Shown here one piece after another: positions 63,491-64,000 of a stretch of DNA of 64,000 bases. The DNA is from Thermoplasmata archaeon (GTDB taxonomy: Archaea > Thermoplasmatota > Thermoplasmata > Halarchaeoplasmatales > Halarchaeoplasmataceae). The stretch lies in contig PUNG01000009.1 in the NCBI GenBank assembly GCA_003551675.1, forward strand, positions 937 through 64,936, written 5' to 3'. The position numbers and the translations under genes are program-made. The stretch's first letter is position 1; each line of letters opens with the position of its first letter. The notes under the pieces are model-generated. The model did not search any database. It was not told where the DNA came from and worked only from the letters and a program-made list of their open reading frames with translations.

Positions 63491-64000
63491 ATGAGTATTT
63501 TAGGTAATAGTTCTGAGGAAGTCGAACGCAGTTTTAAGTCTGGAGATCTGACCGTAGCGGTCTTCGGCATGGGGAAGATGGGACTGCCTCTCGCGGCCGT
63601 GTTCGCAGACGAAGGTTCTAACGTTATAGGTGTGGATATACATGAAGAAGTGGTCAATAAGATAAATAAAGGGATAAATCACATCGAGAAGGAGCCGGGT
63701 CTGGACGAACTGGTCGAGAAGAACGTTTCTGCAGGAAGACTGAGAGCTACATCGGATGGAGTTTCGGCGGCTTCCAAGGCAGATGTGAGTGTTATATTGG
63801 TTCCTACTCTTACGGATAAAAAGGGTAACGTCCAGTTGGGCCCCGTTGAAGACGTTGCCGGAATTATAGCAGAAGGTTTAGAGAAGGGTGACGTTGTTAT
63901 CACTGAAGCTACCATGCCTCCCGGGACCACTATGAGTTTGGTTCCTCTGTTGGAGAAAAGCGGTTTGGAATTGGGCGATTTTGGTTTAGGCCACGCACCG
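63491..64000 (+). CDS. UDP-N-acetyl-sugar 6-dehydrogenase (WbpA/WecC-like), 5' part; runs off window end
   Basis: It has the N-terminal VAVFGMGKMGLPLA Rossmann motif of the UDP-glucose/GDP-mannose dehydrogenase family. There is no stop within the window. Confidence 0.65.
   Translation, partial: MSILGNSSEEVERSFKSGDLTVAVFGMGKMGLPLAAVFADEGSNVIGVDIHEEVVNKINKGINHIEKEPGLDELVEKNVSAGRLRATSDGVSAASKADVSVILVPTLTDKKGNVQLGPVEDVAGIIAEGLEKGDVVITEATMPPGTTMSLVPLLEKSGLELGDFGLGHAP

Overview
This 64 kb window is a gene-dense archaeal chromosomal segment with essentially no non-coding space. It appears moderately AT-rich by eye, and its proteins are rich in both acidic residues and lysine. Archaeal hallmarks include topoisomerase VI A/B, Rpo7(E')–Spt4(E'')–DUF359 kinase–eS24–eS27ae, Rio1 with a KH protein, Trm5, diphthine synthase, RNase P Rpp21 and Mre11–Rad50. 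The pervasive acidity, an NAD-dependent LigA and a giant acidic cell-surface protein suggest a halophilic lineage, possibly nanohaloarchaeon/DPANN-like; this assignment is low confidence. I support about 60 CDS, two canonical tRNAs (Gly-GCC, Arg-GCG) and one GC-rich structured RNA that looks like a tRNA-Arg(CCG) interrupted by two non-canonical introns. Functional blocks are: (1) DNA repair genes (XPD-like helicase, PolX–LigA, endonuclease IV, Zn-ribbon–Mre11–Rad50); (2) a larE–larB–larC nickel-pincer cofactor operon with no LarA in the window; (3) a DtxR-like regulator followed by a lobe-permuted ZnuA-like binding protein with two tandem His-rich domains, then znuC and znuB; (4) PdxS/PdxT; (5) H+-pyrophosphatase; (6) a leucine/branched-chain catabolic cluster (acyl-CoA synthetase, acyl-CoA dehydrogenase, carboxyltransferase, BCCP, biotin carboxylase, enoyl-CoA hydratase) next to a delta-alpha-beta-gamma 2-oxoacid:ferredoxin oxidoreductase; (7) the start of a UDP-2,3-diacetamido-sugar (WbpA/B/E/D-like) glycan cluster. 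No CRISPR array, IS element or integrase was seen. The most unusual items are the permuted ZnuA with duplicated His-rich modules, the two-intron tRNA candidate, the 1611-aa acidic surface protein, and the many Zn-ribbon modules appended to unrelated proteins. The ORF track uses TTG/GTG as 'M' in places, so several starts below were moved to the first in-frame ATG.
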